Assembly (NCBI GenBank): GCA_964016885.1 | Contig: OZ024740.1 | Coordinates: 97,154,001 to 97,218,000 of the forward strand | DNA length: 64,000 nt | DNA from: Eledone cirrhosa | Lineage: Eukaryota | Direction of reading: 5' to 3' | In this document: piece by piece, positions 41,931-56,660 of the stretch | How positions within the stretch are numbered: position 1 is the first letter of the stretch | Layout: every line of letters begins with the position of its first letter | Made by a program: the position numbers and the translations under genes | Notes under the pieces: generated by a model | What the model was told of the DNA's origin: nothing | Seen by the model: only the letters and a program-made list of their open reading frames with translations | Databases searched by the model: none

Positions 41931-42145
41931 TAATATATATATATATAAATTAATAAAAATAATGATTAAAAACAAAGAAACAGTTCCTTATATTATAAAA
42001 TTCATCATTTTACGATCGTTTCTAAGATATATATGTGTGTGTTGGTACGTATATCATATAGATCTATGTAAAATTTTTATAAAATATCAGAGGGAATATA
42101 CATACCTACACATATATATGCTGTCTTATAATATATATATATATA

Positions 42146-44340
42146 TTAGAAAGTGAGGTTTTTTTTACAAATTGAAAAATAACCGAGGTGTCCTACACGA
42201 GTGAAAGTATGAAGAAAACGAGATGAAATCGAAATTGCAACTGGAGTCTTATTTTTAAAAAAATATATATATTTATTTGGTTCCTTTACCAGTTTCGCAG
42301 TTCTTCTGCTTTTCAAAAGGTGAGTTGAGATGGAGGGTCTGTTGTTTTTTCTCACATCTGGTTGGTCTCTGAATGTTACTTGTTTTATATGGAAAAAGTG
42401 GCTCGAAATGCCAGGTTTTTCGAGAAGTAATTTGATTGGTTTGTCAATAATTATAATAAATTTCGCGCCAGTTCGCGTTACAATAGTTCTTCAAATAAGA
42501 GGGGGGGTTGTCACATGTTGTTTTTTCATATATGAGTGTTTGAATTTCTTTTTACTTGAAAAAAGGGGCTCACGAAGGCTTTTTTGGGGTTGGTTATAAA
42601 TGAAATTATGGCTGTCATGTGAACAAGTTTTCATTAAATGTTCGTGCCCTTATTTGGAAATCCATTTTGTAGCCTTTTTAGAGAATTTTATGATAAGTGA
42701 AAGATAATGGTCAAGAGAAAGGGATGGGAGAATTGTTCTGGTTCAGTGAATATGGTTAGTTCGCTGAGGTGTCAGAATTCAGATTTTCTATTGAATAAAG
42801 AAAGTAAAGATATGTATGTTTATTTGTGTGCTTGTGTGTGTGTGCGTGTGTGTGTGTGTGTTGTGTGTGTGTGTGTTTGAGTTTCTTTACTTAACAAAAG
42901 GTGGCTCAAGAAGGCTTTTTTTTAATAAACGTGATTTGATTGGTTATAAATGAAATTTGGCTGTCACGTGAACAAGTTTTCATTACATTTTCGCGCCCTT
43001 ATTTGGAAATCTATTCTGTAGCCTTTATAGAGAATGTTATGACAAGAGAAATGGGATTGGGAGAATTGTTCTGGTTCAGTGAATATGGTTAGTTCGCTGG
43101 GGTGTCAGAGTTCAGAATTTCTATTGAAGTAAAGATATGTATGTTTATTTGTGTGCTTGTGTGTGTATGTGTGCGTGTGTGTGTGTATTGGAAGATGATT
43201 CTATTAGTAGAAATGGGGGAGGGAGTTGTGTGTGTGTATATGGGTGTTATGTGTGTGCGAGTATGTTAAGATGGAGAGAATATATATTGTGTGTGTGTGT
43301 ATATATGTGTGTAGGAAAGTGGTTCTATTAGTAGAAATGGGGGAGGGAGTTGTGGGTGTGGGGGTTGGTATGTGTGTGTATGGGTGTTATGTGTGTGGGA
43401 GTATGGTTAGCATGTTAAGATGAAGAGAATATATATATATAGAGAGAGAGAGATTGTGTGTGTGTGTGTGTGTAGGAAAATGATTCCTTTAGTAGGAATA
43501 TTTGTGAATGAACATATTTTCGTTACTTATTCGTATTTGTTCTGTTGTATTGTCAGTGCAAACGTATGTTAAGGTTTATTTAGTTCGGGTTTTTATTTTC
43601 TAAAGTAGAAGGTGTTATGTGTGTGTGCGTATGTCATATTATGGTGTTGACATAATGTATATTAAACCATATTTAATGCTGGTCTATATTTTTGAATAAA
43701 CATATTTTCCTTATTTATTCGTATTTGTTCTGTTGTATTGTTAGCGCAAAGTTAAACTGGGAAGACTTGGAATATGGGTGTCTTATTACTTGCAAACTAA
43801 CCATATTCACTGAACCAGAACAATTCTCCCATCCCTTTCTCTTGACCATTATCATTCACTTATCATAAAATTCTCTAAAAAGGATACAGAATGGATTTCG
43901 AAATAAGGGCACGAAAATTTAATGAAAAAACTTGTTCACGTGACAGCCATAATTTCATATATAACGAACCCCCCAAAAGCCTTCGTGAGCCCCTTTCTTC
44001 AGGTAAAAAGAAATTCAAACACTCATATATGAAAAAAACAACCTGTGACAACCCCCCCTCTTATTTGAAGAACTATTGTAACGTGAACTGGCGCGAAATT
44101 TATTATAAGTATTGACAAACCAATCAAATTACTTCTCGAAAAACCTGGCATTTCGAGCCACTTTTTCCATATAAAACAAGCAACATTCAGAGACCAACCA
44201 GATGTGAGAAAAACAACAGACCCTCCATCTCAACTCTACTTTTGAAAAGCAGAAAAACTGCGAAACCGGTAAAGGAACCAAATAAATATATATATTTTTT
44301 TTATTAAATAAGACTCCAGTTGCATTTTCGATTTCATCTC
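42146..44340. mobile_element. Non-coding PLE-like element with ~545-bp inverted arms
   Basis: Arms ~42220-42760 / 43795-44340, each with an HHR and AATAAA; tail also present at ~27875-27960. Confidence 0.8.
42283..42320 (-). ncRNA. Minimal hammerhead ribozyme, U3-A8 variant
   Basis: cctt TTGAAAA gcag-aagaa-ctgc GAAA ctgg TA aagg; inverted copy at 44238-44275 (+) has an ACCGGT palindrome. Confidence 0.75.
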
Positions 44341-44364
44341 TTTTTATATATATATATATATAAT

Positions 44365-44407
<43 letters not shown>

Positions 44408-44409
44408 TA

Positions 44410-44775
44410 ACTTTGAATAACTTTGAAATGTTTTGGCCAGTATTGGCCCAGGCCATGTCTAACTTAATAGCACCACCTGGCGAAGTCTTTCAATTCAGGA
44501 TTTGGGCACCATGGCCCATTCGAGAAGAGAATTACTGTTTGCGGAGACATATCCGGGTGTGGGTGGTTTGTCCGGGATTACTTGGAGGAATTTGTCCAAA
44601 GACTTCTTGAATTTTGTGTGGTCAGTTTCTGTTTTGACGTGTCCTGGTGTGATGTTGAAGAGAGCAGGGCCGATTGAGGTGAAATAATTGTGCCGTATTG
44701 TTGTTATGAGTTGCGATTTAGATTTTTGAATGGGACGGATAGCACGGGACCCAAGCCTTGGGTGTATCTTGAAGG
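44410..44775 (-). mobile_element. 3' fragment of a CR1/L2-group LINE (not in ORF track)
   Basis: Hand translation ..FTSIGPALFNITP..FKKSLDKFLQVIPDKP..GY..NSLLEW* (stop at 44495-44497); 3' hairpin and (ttcaaagtta) tail repeat. Confidence 0.75.
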
Positions 44776-44784
44776 CGATATATT

Positions 44785-44970
44785 TGTTTCTACTTTAGGC
44801 ACAAGGCCAGCAATTACCCAGTGCATTACTGGTACTTTATTTTATCGACCCCGTAAGGATGAAAGGCAAAGTCAACCTCGGCGGGATTTGAACTCAGATC
44901 ATAAAGGGACGTAACTATGCTGGAAAGCATGGCGTCCGACCCTCTACCGATACTGCCAATCCACCGCCCT
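44785..44970 (-). mobile_element. tRNA-derived SINE (octopus OK-like, Meta/MESC-like core as recalled)
   Basis: A box TGGCAGTATCGG, B box GAGTTCAAATCC, core gcctttcatccttacggggtcgataaaa. Confidence 0.85.
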
Positions 44971-45014
44971 ATATAATATATATATATAATATATATAATG
45001 TATATAATATATAT

Positions 45015-45870
45015 ATAGTAATAATAATAAATTTGAAGACTAAAATCCAAAGAGGGCTCGATAAGGATATATATCAAATATATAAGAACCGTAGAGCAAA
45101 TATTTATTAAAATAACAGATTAAAGTCTAAGCAAAGAATCGCTGCTTTCACCCTTAACGGGGTCTTCTGTATCTAACAAAGGTATGTGTGTGCGCTTGTT
45201 ATATACGTATTTATTTATTTATATACGTTTATATAATTATTTATTTATTTGTATACACGCATACACACACACACATATTTATATGTGCGGGGTTTTGTAT
45301 ACCTATGGTAAGTTTTTGCGTATGCTTGTGTATGTACGTATTTGTTTGCGTGTATGTATTTATTTATTTCTATTACTTCTGTATTGTATTTATTTACTTT
45401 GTTCTTAACTCTGTAGCGGAGATTCATTTGGTCTCCTAGTTAGAATTTTAGTCTACGTCTTCTGCTATACCATTTACGTGGTTTTGTCTTTGCGTGCTAT
45501 TGTTCTCCACGCTCCACATATGACGTATTATCTTCGTTTTTTCGTTCATTGCCAGAAAACGTTTCTATGCACCACCTAAGAGAACATTAGTCTACGACCT
45601 CTTTCATACCATAAACGTGGTTCTGTCTTTGCGCGTAATTGTTTTTCACCGCTCCTATTAATGACGTATTATATTCGTTTTTTCTCGTTCTTTGCCAGCG
45701 AACGTTACCACGAACCAAAGTATCGTCTTCCTGTCTTCCTCCGGTTGCAACGTTTTTTGAAATATCCAGTTCTGCGTTTACAGATTGACTTTGTTAGTTT
45801 CAGAAGATCCCGTTAAGGGTGAAAGCAGCGATTCTTTGCTTAAACTTTAATCTGTTATTTTAATAAATTA
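45015..45870. mobile_element. PLE pLTR with inverted terminal copy (CAGAAGA-HHR family)
   Basis: 45015-45180 is minus-strand pLTR end; 45184-45870 is plus-strand and homologous to ~49750-50445. Confidence 0.8.
45796..45846 (+). ncRNA. Hammerhead-like motif with CAGAAGA core (U4A)
   Basis: agttt CAGAAGA t ccc-gttaa-ggg t GAAA gca..tgc TT aaact. Copies at ~31616(+), 45124(-), 48364(+), 48992(-), 50372(+), 59899(-), 60185(-). Confidence 0.6.
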
Positions 45871-45898
45871 ATATATATATAATATATATATATATATA

Positions 45899-46025
<127 letters not shown>

Positions 46026-47589
46026 AAATAAAGTTAAATAAAAGTCAAATGATTAAAATTTAGCTTCGCTTATTACTGCTATATATATTTCAGTGACAGC
46101 CATCTTTGGCTGTGACCTCTTCAGGCAGTTTGAATTAGTATGGTATAGATAAGTACATATGTTGTTTAGGTGTATAATATTGTCAATACTCTGATATGCC
46201 CAGTTCCTTGTTGGGTTGTTAATTCACTGAGGAACTGGAGCCATATGACTATATATATATAAAAAAAAATATAAAAAAAAAATTTTTAAAAACCCATTTG
46301 ATGGATGTGAATCCGAAATATATAGGGACTATTTTTATTTTTATTTTTATTTTTACTTCCCATCCACGAATAAACCCCCCCCCCCTTTAATCTCCGATTC
46401 ACTTACCTAATATCTTCACTTTCTACTTTTTACTTCCCTATTTTCTTCACTACCTGATTACATGAGGTCACTTGCGTTTTCCACTCCAGATATTTTTTGT
46501 TATTTCGCAGCCAATCTTATAATTTTATATTTGTACTTACTTATCCACAAGCCTTTTTACACCCTGTATCTATGTGTCTGAGCGCCTTAATGTGTGTATA
46601 CTTTCTATATATGTACACGAACGCCTCCGGATGTGCGCGCGCGTGCGTGTGTATATACATATATATTTATGTGTATGTATATGTGTTCTTATATCTATGT
46701 TTTTACATCTACGTTTTTTGTTTTGTTTTTTTTCTTATTTTTTTTCTTATTTTTTTACATCCTCATTTTTATGTGTGTGCATGTAAACAGGTCAATATGC
46801 GTGAGTTTATGTATGTGTGTGTGTGTGTGTGTGTACGTACTGAATGTATGGATATGTAAGTGTGCGTATGTATATATGCATGTATATTTTTGTGTGTGTG
46901 TGTGTGTGTGAGTGTGTATACAGTCGGGTGCGTGCGCACGATTAGATATACATGGGGCGAGGCGTATATACGTATATATGTGCATCCTGTGCCTGTATGT
47001 TGTGCTTGCATACGCTTTTGTCTGCAGGTTTTGCGTGTATATATATATATTTCTTATAGATATACGTTTCTTGTAGATATATGTGTGTGTGTACGCGTGT
47101 ACCTTGTTTGTCTTCTTTTCTTTAATTTTTTCTTTCTAAATTATTGTTCCATTTTTAAAGATATATCGAGAACGATACATTCTTTTTACTATTACACTCC
47201 CTTACCTCTTTTTCTTCCGCATATAAATGTACGTGCGTGTGGGTGTGTTTATACGCGTGCCTTGATATTCTTATAATGTATCTAATACCCTGTTTTTTGT
47301 GTGTACATCACAATCATATCATGTCTGTCTGTAGTTACAGATACACAGATACACTTGCCCTAACACATATATTTACGCACACTTTTTCACTATACGTACA
47401 CATTTGTACACACACACATATGTACATCTGTGAGCGTATATACATACATATACACACACCTAACTATATTTCTTGAAAGATTTTTATATATTTCATATGG
47501 CTATTGTAATTCCTTTATCTATATTTATATAATTAATTTTTTTTTGCTTTTCTTGAGACTTTCCAAGTATTTAGCCATTTTTTATATTG

Positions 47590-47659
47590 CCTCGTCTGAC
47601 GAACGAATGAAGACGTTTGTTTCGTATTCGCCTCATTCGGGTAACTTCTGGTAATGAGG
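47590..47659 (+). ncRNA. Degenerate hammerhead at the end of a non-coding element (~46250-47685)
   Basis: cctcgt CTGACGA a cgaatga..tcattcg g GTAA c-ttctg-g TA atgagg; GAAA altered. Confidence 0.55.
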
Positions 47660-47745
47660 TAATTATATTGTATTGATTTTTATACATTATATATAGATAT
47701 ATATATAATATATATATATATATATAATATATATATATATTATAT

Positions 47746-47777
<32 letters not shown>

Positions 47778-47846
47778 ATATATATATATATATATAATAT
47801 ATATATAATATATATATATATATAATATATATATATATAATATATG

Positions 47847-47877
<31 letters not shown>

Positions 47878-47889
47878 TATATTATATAT

Positions 47890-47965
<76 letters not shown>

Positions 47966-48033
47966 AATAGATATATATATAATATATACATTTATATATA
48001 TATATAATATATACATATTTATATAATATATAT

Positions 48034-48067
<34 letters not shown>

Positions 48068-48133
48068 ATATATATATATATATATAGATAATATATATAT
48101 ATATATAATATGTATATATATATATATATAATA

Positions 48134-48194
<61 letters not shown>

Positions 48195-48537
48195 TATATT
48201 ATATATATATATTTATTACTATTTATTACTATTTGGCTCCCTCGGTTGAGCACTCTACTGACTTATATTCATCATGCAGAAACCACATCTGAATATTTCT
48301 ACAAAGAACATACCCGTACGTTTTTTGAAATATCCACATCTGCGTTTACAGATTGACTTTGTTAGTTTCAGAAGATCCCGTTAAGGGTGAAAGCAGCGAT
48401 TCTTTGCTTAAACTTTAATCTGTTATTTTAATAAATATTTGCTCTACGGTTCTTATATATTTCATATATATTTAACCTTATCGAGCCCTCTTTGGATTTT
48501 AGTCTTCAAATTTATTATTATTACTATATTATATATA

Positions 48538-48569
<32 letters not shown>

Positions 48570-48682
48570 CATATATATATATATATATAATATATATATT
48601 ATATATATATACATTATATATATATATTTATATATATATATATATTATATATATATATTATATATATATATATTATATATAT

Positions 48683-48714
<32 letters not shown>

Positions 48715-48722
48715 ATATATTA

Positions 48723-48792
<70 letters not shown>

Positions 48793-48884
48793 ATATATAT
48801 TATATATATTATATATATTATATATATATATATTATATATATTATATATAATATATATATATATATAGTATATATATATAATAT

Positions 48885-48964
<80 letters not shown>

Positions 48965-48966
<2 letters not shown>

Positions 48967-50515
48967 TATATTTATTAAAATAACAGATTAAAGTTTAAGC
49001 AAAGAATCGCTGCTTTCACCCTTAACGGGATCTTCTGAAACTAACGAAGTCAATCTGTAAACGCAGAACTGGATATTTCAAATAACGTTGCAACCGGAGG
49101 AAGACAGGAAGACGATACTTTAGTTCGTGGTAACGTTCGCTGACTAAGAAGGGGAAAAAACGAATATAATACGTCATTAATAGGAGCGGTGAAAAACAAT
49201 TACGTGCAAAGACAGAACCACGTTTATGGTATAAAAGAGGTCGTAGACTAATGTTCTCTTAGGTGGTTCATAGAGACGTTCTCTGGCAATGAAAGAAAAA
49301 AAAAAAGGCCCTGGAAATACTCTACCCCACAGACCAACTTCTTAAACCAAAAATCTGAGGCAATTTCGGCTTGTAAACATAAATTGCACAAAACTTTCCT
49401 GTATTACAGCCCCACGTTATACCCTAACGGATAGTACGATCTATACGTGGATATTTTAAGTCTCGATGTGGGAGCTAAGTAAATGTTTGTTTATAACCTT
49501 TACTTATTTGCACAGGTAAGTATATATTATCCGTATGTTTTGTGAAGGTATGTATACCTTCTCGTACGTATATTTGATTGTTATGACATATAAGTTTTTT
49601 ATATATTCTGGTACATATGGTTCGGCTATGTGTATACGGGAGTTTTGCGTCTGTGTGTGTATGCAGGTACGTACGTATGTAGGGCGTGTGTATATGTGTA
49701 CTTCATATTTTGGTTGACTTACGTCTCCGAACATTCGTGTATTTACATGTAGGTATGTGTGTGCGGTTGTTATATACGAATTTATTTATTTATGTACGTT
49801 TATATAATTATTTATTTATTTGTATACACGTTTACACACACACATATATTTATATCTGCGAGGTTTTGTTTACCTATGGTTAGTTTTTGCATATGCTTGT
49901 GAATGTACGTATTTGTTTGCGTGTATGTATTTATATATTTCTATTACTTCTGTATTGTATTTATTTACTTTGTTCTTAACTCTGTAGCGGAGAGTCATTC
50001 GGACTCCTAGTTAGAATTTAGTCAACGACTTCTGCTATACCATTTACGTGGTTTTGTCTTTGCGTGCTATTGTTCTCCACGCTCCACATATGACGTATTA
50101 TCTTCGTTTTTTTTTTTTTCGTTCATTGCCAGAGAACGTCTCTATAAACCAGCTGAGAGAATATTAGTCTACGACCTCTTTTATACCATAGCGTGGTTCT
50201 GTCTTTGCGCGTAATTGTTTTTCACCGCTCCTATTAATGACGTATTATATTCGTTTTTTCCCGTTCTTAGCCAGCGAACGTTTCCACGAACCAAAGTATC
50301 GTTTTCCTGTCCTCCTCCGGTTGCAACGTTTTTTGAAATATCTAGTTCTGCGTTTACAGATTGACTTTGTTAGTTTCAGAAGATCCCGTTAAGAGTGAAC
50401 GCAGAGATTCTTTGCTTAGACTTTAATCTGTTGTTTTAATAAATATTTGCTCTACGGTTCTTATATATTTGATATATATTTATCCTTATTTTACTCTTCA
50501 AATTTATTCATACTA
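48965..50515 (+). mobile_element. 5'-truncated Hydra-type PLE with inverted pLTR
   Basis: 48965-49295 is an inverted copy of ~50110-50445; 49311-49434 encodes EN C-terminus LEILYPTDQLL/NQKSEAISACKHK (1 frameshift). Confidence 0.8.
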
Positions 50516-50534
50516 CTACATAATATATATATAT

Positions 50535-50669
<135 letters not shown>

Positions 50670-50718
50670 TAATATATAATATATATATAGAATATATAAT
50701 ATATATATATTATATATA

Positions 50719-50751
<33 letters not shown>

Positions 50752-50978
50752 ATATATAATATATATTTATATATATAATATATAATATATATATATATAT
50801 ATAATACATATATATATATATATATAATATTATAATATATATATATATATAATATATATATATATAATATATATATAATATATAAATATATATATATATA
50901 ATATATATATATATATACTATATATATATATATATATAAATATATATATATATAATATATATATATATAATATATATA

Positions 50979-51021
<43 letters not shown>

Positions 51022-51120
51022 TATAATATATATATATTATATATATATATAATATATATAATATATATATATATAATATATATAATATATATATATAATA
51101 TATATATATATAGATAATAT

Positions 51121-51151
<31 letters not shown>

Positions 51152-51158
51152 ATATATA

Positions 51159-51203
<45 letters not shown>

Positions 51204-51428
51204 TATAATATATATATATAATATATATAATATATATAAATGTATATATATATAATATATATAATATATATATATATATAATATATATATATAATATATA
51301 TAATATATATATATATAATATATATATATATATATAATATATATATATATGTAATATATATATATATAATATATATATATATATATAAATATATATATAT
51401 ATGTATATAATATATATATATACATAAT

Positions 51429-51459
<31 letters not shown>

Positions 51460-51530
51460 ATATATATATAATATATATATATATATAATATATATATTAT
51501 AAATATAAATATATAATATATATATAATAT

Positions 51531-51561
<31 letters not shown>

Positions 51562-51761
51562 ATATATATACATATATATATATATATAAATAAATATATA
51601 TATATAAATAAATATATATATATAATATATATATAATTTATATACATATATAATATATATAAATATATATAATATATATATATATAATATATATATATAT
51701 AATATATATATATATATAATATATATATAATATATATATATATAATATTTATATATATATA

Positions 51762-51836
<75 letters not shown>

Positions 51837-51882
51837 ATATAATATAATATATATATATATATATATATAATATATATAATAT

Positions 51883-51914
<32 letters not shown>

Positions 51915-51925
51915 ATATATATAAT

Positions 51926-52426
51926 ATAAATGGGAATAGAATGAAACGAAATTTCATTTCTCACTCTTAGTACGGCACTTAATTAAATGTAAGAATGTAT
52001 GTATACGTACATACATACATGTATACAGACGTACAGTAGCATGTATAGATATATAGATATATATACATACAGGCACACATATATATATGCACGTATCAGT
52101 TTACCGAACATTTATTATAATGTTCGCTTTGTTCGTTTGCAAACAAACGGACTGCATGATTTACGCCGTACAGTGTTCAGGCAACCACATCACCTTTTTG
52201 CTCAACACTGACACAGGAACGATGTACTAGTTTCAAGCTTGTTAGCTATCGTCAGCACCGTATACCTTTCTGCCAGATGGTTGAACGTTCGAAAGTATAT
52301 ACTTTCCTTATGAAAATTAACGGCTGAGCAGCCTAATTTGCATATCGAGTGAGTTCAGTCGGCCAGGCGCACCGAAAACGATAAATGGACTAGAATGAAA
52401 CGAAATTTCATTTCTCTCTCTTAGTA
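51926..52426 (-). mobile_element. 455-bp non-coding HHR monomer with ~46-bp terminal direct repeat (retrozyme-like)
   Basis: 51926-51972 matches 52381-52426; HHR at 52220-52260; (TA)n flanks. Confidence 0.7.
52220..52260 (-). ncRNA. Minimal type I hammerhead ribozyme
   Basis: cggtg CTGACGA t agct-aaca-agct t GAAA CTAG TA catcg; ACTAGT palindrome. Confidence 0.8.
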
Positions 52427-52433
52427 TATATAT

Positions 52434-52477
<44 letters not shown>

Positions 52478-52489
52478 TAATATATATAT

Positions 52490-52536
<47 letters not shown>

Positions 52537-52547
52537 TATATATGTAT

Positions 52548-52577
<30 letters not shown>

Positions 52578-52578
<1 letters not shown>

Positions 52579-52755
52579 TGTTTCTACTTTAGGCACAAGG
52601 CCAGCAATTATCCAGTGCATTACTGGTACTTTATTTTATCGAACCCGTAAGGATGAAAGGCAAAGTCAACCTCGGCGGCATTTGAACTCAGATCGTAAAG
52701 GGACGTAACTATGCTGGAAAGCATGGTGTCCGACCCTCTACCGATACTGCCAATA
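52578..52755 (-). mobile_element. tRNA-derived SINE, same family as 44785-44970
   Basis: Near-identical sequence. Confidence 0.85.
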
Positions 52756-52833
52756 ATATATATATATATAATATACATATATAATATACATATATATGTA
52801 TATATAATATATATATATATATATAATATATAT

Positions 52834-52867
<34 letters not shown>

Positions 52868-53061
52868 ATATAATATATATATATATGTATATATATATAT
52901 AATATATATATATATGTATATATATATAATACCTATATATATATAATATATACATATATATAATATATATATATATATTTAATATATATATATATATAAT
53001 ATATATATATATATAATATATATATATATATAATATATATATATATAATATATATGTATAT

Positions 53062-53124
<63 letters not shown>

Positions 53125-53137
53125 TATACATATATAT

Positions 53138-53192
<55 letters not shown>

Positions 53193-53351
53193 ATTGTTGG
53201 CTAATAAAGTCTTTTGATGTATTGAAGGCTTCTTTGTTTTACTTTCATAATTCTTCGGCTCCGTTTAATTACATTGAGCTATACCTTTTACTGTCATTTC
53301 TATAATACGAAGAGGGTGTTTAACTCCAACACGCTCCAGTATTTTAATCCT

Positions 53352-53435
<84 letters not shown>

Positions 53436-53441
53436 TATTTA

Positions 53442-53506
<65 letters not shown>

Positions 53507-53532
53507 TATATATCATATATATATTTATATAT

Positions 53533-53606
<74 letters not shown>

Positions 53607-53614
53607 ATATATAT

Positions 53615-53679
<65 letters not shown>

Positions 53680-53699
53680 TATATATATATAATATATAT

Positions 53700-55301
53700 G
53701 CAAAGTTTTATTTAAATTGTTGGGCTACAACGAGTAAATATTTATAACTGATATAAAAGCACTCAACAAGTATTTGGAGTATATTTACGATATTAAATAA
53801 ATGGAAACTATATTTATAAAACCATATTTATTTCATTATATATATTTCAGAGATATCATATTTAAAATATGGTATGCCTTCATCAGACAAAATACAATAT
53901 AAACAGTCTTATAAATAGATAGATTTGACATACCTTGCAACTTCAACTCCCATTTAAAAAGTTGATTTGGTAGTGAAAAATGTTAGGGACAGTTATAAAA
54001 AGAAAGAAAGAAAGAAAGCGAAGAAAAAGAAGAAATGCATGCAACGAAAAACAGAGAGAGATAGATATAGAGAGATAGATAGAGAGAAGAAATTCATGTA
54101 AAGAAAAAACAGAGAGAGATAGATAGAGAGAGAAAAAAAACAGAGGGAGATAGATAGAGAGAGAGAGAGAGAGAGAAGAGAGAGAGAGAAGAGAGAGAGA
54201 GAAAAAATAGAGAGAGATAGATATAGATAGAGATAGAGAGAAAGAAAATAGGTCGTTGGGCACCAGTTGAATGACGTATCAATGATATATTTATTTATTT
54301 ATTTATTTATTTAGTTCTAGTATTAAGGTAGAGAGAGATATATGTCCTAGGTTTATAACCAGAACTGAGTTAAAAAAACTGAGATAAAAAAACTGAGATA
54401 AAAAAGTATAGTATCGAATCTGGGATAACCTTCTATTTTCTTTTTCTTTTTTTCATGAAAGTGCATATATACTTATGTATTTCAATTTTTTTTGAATTTT
54501 TTTTTATCTCAGTTTTTTTATCTCAGTTTTTTTATCTCAGTTTTTTTTATCTCAGTTCTGATATAAACCTAGGAATTTTAAACTAGACATATGATCATTA
54601 TTTTTCATACATTATTGATACGTGTCTCATTCATGAATACTGATATTTACATTATAATACCTAATTCATACGAATTGATATTTTTAGATTGATGAAACAT
54701 AATGTTTTAAATCTGCCTCGTTTATCTCTGGATATTTTTTCTTTTCTCTCTATGTAACGGCTGTTTTCTCTCCTAACCACATATATCTCTCTCTACCTTA
54801 ATACTAGAACTAAATAAATAAATAAATAAATAAATATATCATTGATACGTCATTCAACTGGTGCCCAACTACCTATTTTCTTTCTTTCTATCTCTATCTA
54901 TATCTATCTCTCTCTATTTTTTCTCTCTCTCTCTTCTCTCTCTCTATCTATCTCCCTCTGTGTTTTTTTCTCTCTCTGTTTTTTCTTTACATGAATTTCT
55001 TCTCTCTATCTATCTCTCTATATCTATCTCTCTCTGTTTTTCGTTGCATGCATTTCTTCTTTTTCTTCGCTTTCTTTCTTTCTTTCTTTTTATAACTGTC
55101 CCTAACATTTTTCACTACCAAATCAACTTTTTAAATGAAAGTTGAAGTTGTAAGGTACGTCAAATCTATCTATTTATAAGACTGTTTATATTGTATTTTG
55201 TCTGATGAAGGCATACCATATTTTTAATATGATATCTCTGAAATATATATAATGAAATAAATATGGTTTTATAAATATAGTTTCCATTTATTTAATATCG
55301 T
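53700..55301. mobile_element. Non-coding PLE derivative with nested inverted repeats
   Basis: Outer arms ~53786-54345 / 54781-55301 with HHRs; inner IR ~54346-54405 / 54510-54573; tail 53700-53785 on the left only. Confidence 0.8.
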
Positions 55302-55373
55302 ATATAATATATATATATTTATAATATATACCAGATAGAAAAATGCGTACAGCAAAAAAAGTAATATTGTTGG

Positions 55374-56378
55374 AATATAAACCTTTAAAAATACAGGACA
55401 AGAAACTAAAATAAAACTTTAAAAGAATAGGACAAGAAACTAAGATAAAACTTTAAAAGAATAGGACAAGAAACTAAGATAAAACTTTAAAGTATTGGAC
55501 AAGAAATAAAAAAATTTACAATAATATTAGTTGCAAAATTTTTATTGGTAAAAAATCGAGTTCCACATTCATAGGCTCTGGGTTCCACATTCAGAGGTCG
55601 TCGTCAGACCGTGGGGATCATTTGATCCTGGTTTGAACACCAATTGGGCCATTACCATACCCCTATTTCATCATTCGGCGACACGCCTCATGTGTCATGC
55701 ATAATGTGAATGGACCTATGGGCCCATGAGCACAGATCTTGAGCAGCAGCGGACGGTCTTGTCGTACCGCTCATCCTTGATCTTGACCAACCCGTCCATC
55801 TTCTCCTTGCTTCTTGTCCTTGAGTTCAAGTCCGGCAGTCCAGATGAATGCGTGCCACAGCTTTCTGGTACAGGAAGGGGGAGCAGGAGGACTGGAGGGA
55901 TGACGGGACAGAAGGAGGGAGGACCGGTGGTTGAGGGAGGTGCCGTAGTCGGTGGTCAGAGTCGACATCTTGTCCCGGTCGTCTTCTCCATCTTCGTCTG
56001 GTGTTGCGGGACCAGAAGTGCATTCTTGAAGGAGACCTGCAGCTGCATTGGCCAATTCTTCTTGCAATGGTCATTCTGACGGAGCAGAACTGCTCAGCCA
56101 ACCAGCCCCAACCAGAACCAACCGCTCAGGGGCAACGCACAATGAGAGGATGACAATTATTATGCACTAATCAAGAAGATACTGGGGCATAAAACAGGAA
56201 ACGAATAAACAAATTTTGCCACTAATATTATTGTAAATTTTTTTATTTCTTGTCCAATTCTTTAAAGTTTTATCTTAGTTTCTTGTCCTATTCTTTTAAA
56301 GTTTTATCTTAGTTTCTTGTCCTATTCTTTTAAAGTTTTATTTTAGTTTCTTGTCCTGTATTTTTAAAGGTTTATATT
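55374..56378. mobile_element. Foldback-like element: ~168-bp TIRs built from 31-bp subrepeats
   Basis: 55374-55541 / 56211-56378; GC-rich 670-bp interior with no recognised protein. Confidence 0.7.
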
Positions 56379-56660
56379 ATTTTTTAAGGCAATGCAAGCA
56401 ACAAATACCTAATAATTAAATGCTCATAGTGAATTACTGACAAGTGATTGACATTTTAAAGTTCTTTTGAGTATAATTGCAATCTAGTTGAGGCAACTGG
56501 CTTAATGACAAAGCTAGTAAATCATGAATGCATTTGAGATGATTAGTGCATAATAGTGAATTGGTGAAACTTGTGCATTTCAATGGTGTTACAACAATAG
56601 ATGTAAGTTATATAGTAGTAATACTTTATCATTTTAACTTTTTAGAATGGACAAAAACCC

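Noticed and set aside
43891-44115. Conserved peptide KN(Y/F)CNxNWR shared with ~11855-11895 (-)
   Set aside because: Explained by nucleotide homology of two pLTR relatives; frame not clearly conserved.
56603-56645. GT-AG intron upstream of the BACK-like ORF
   Set aside because: Only 43 nt, and the in-frame upstream exon has a stop at 56540 with no ATG after it.
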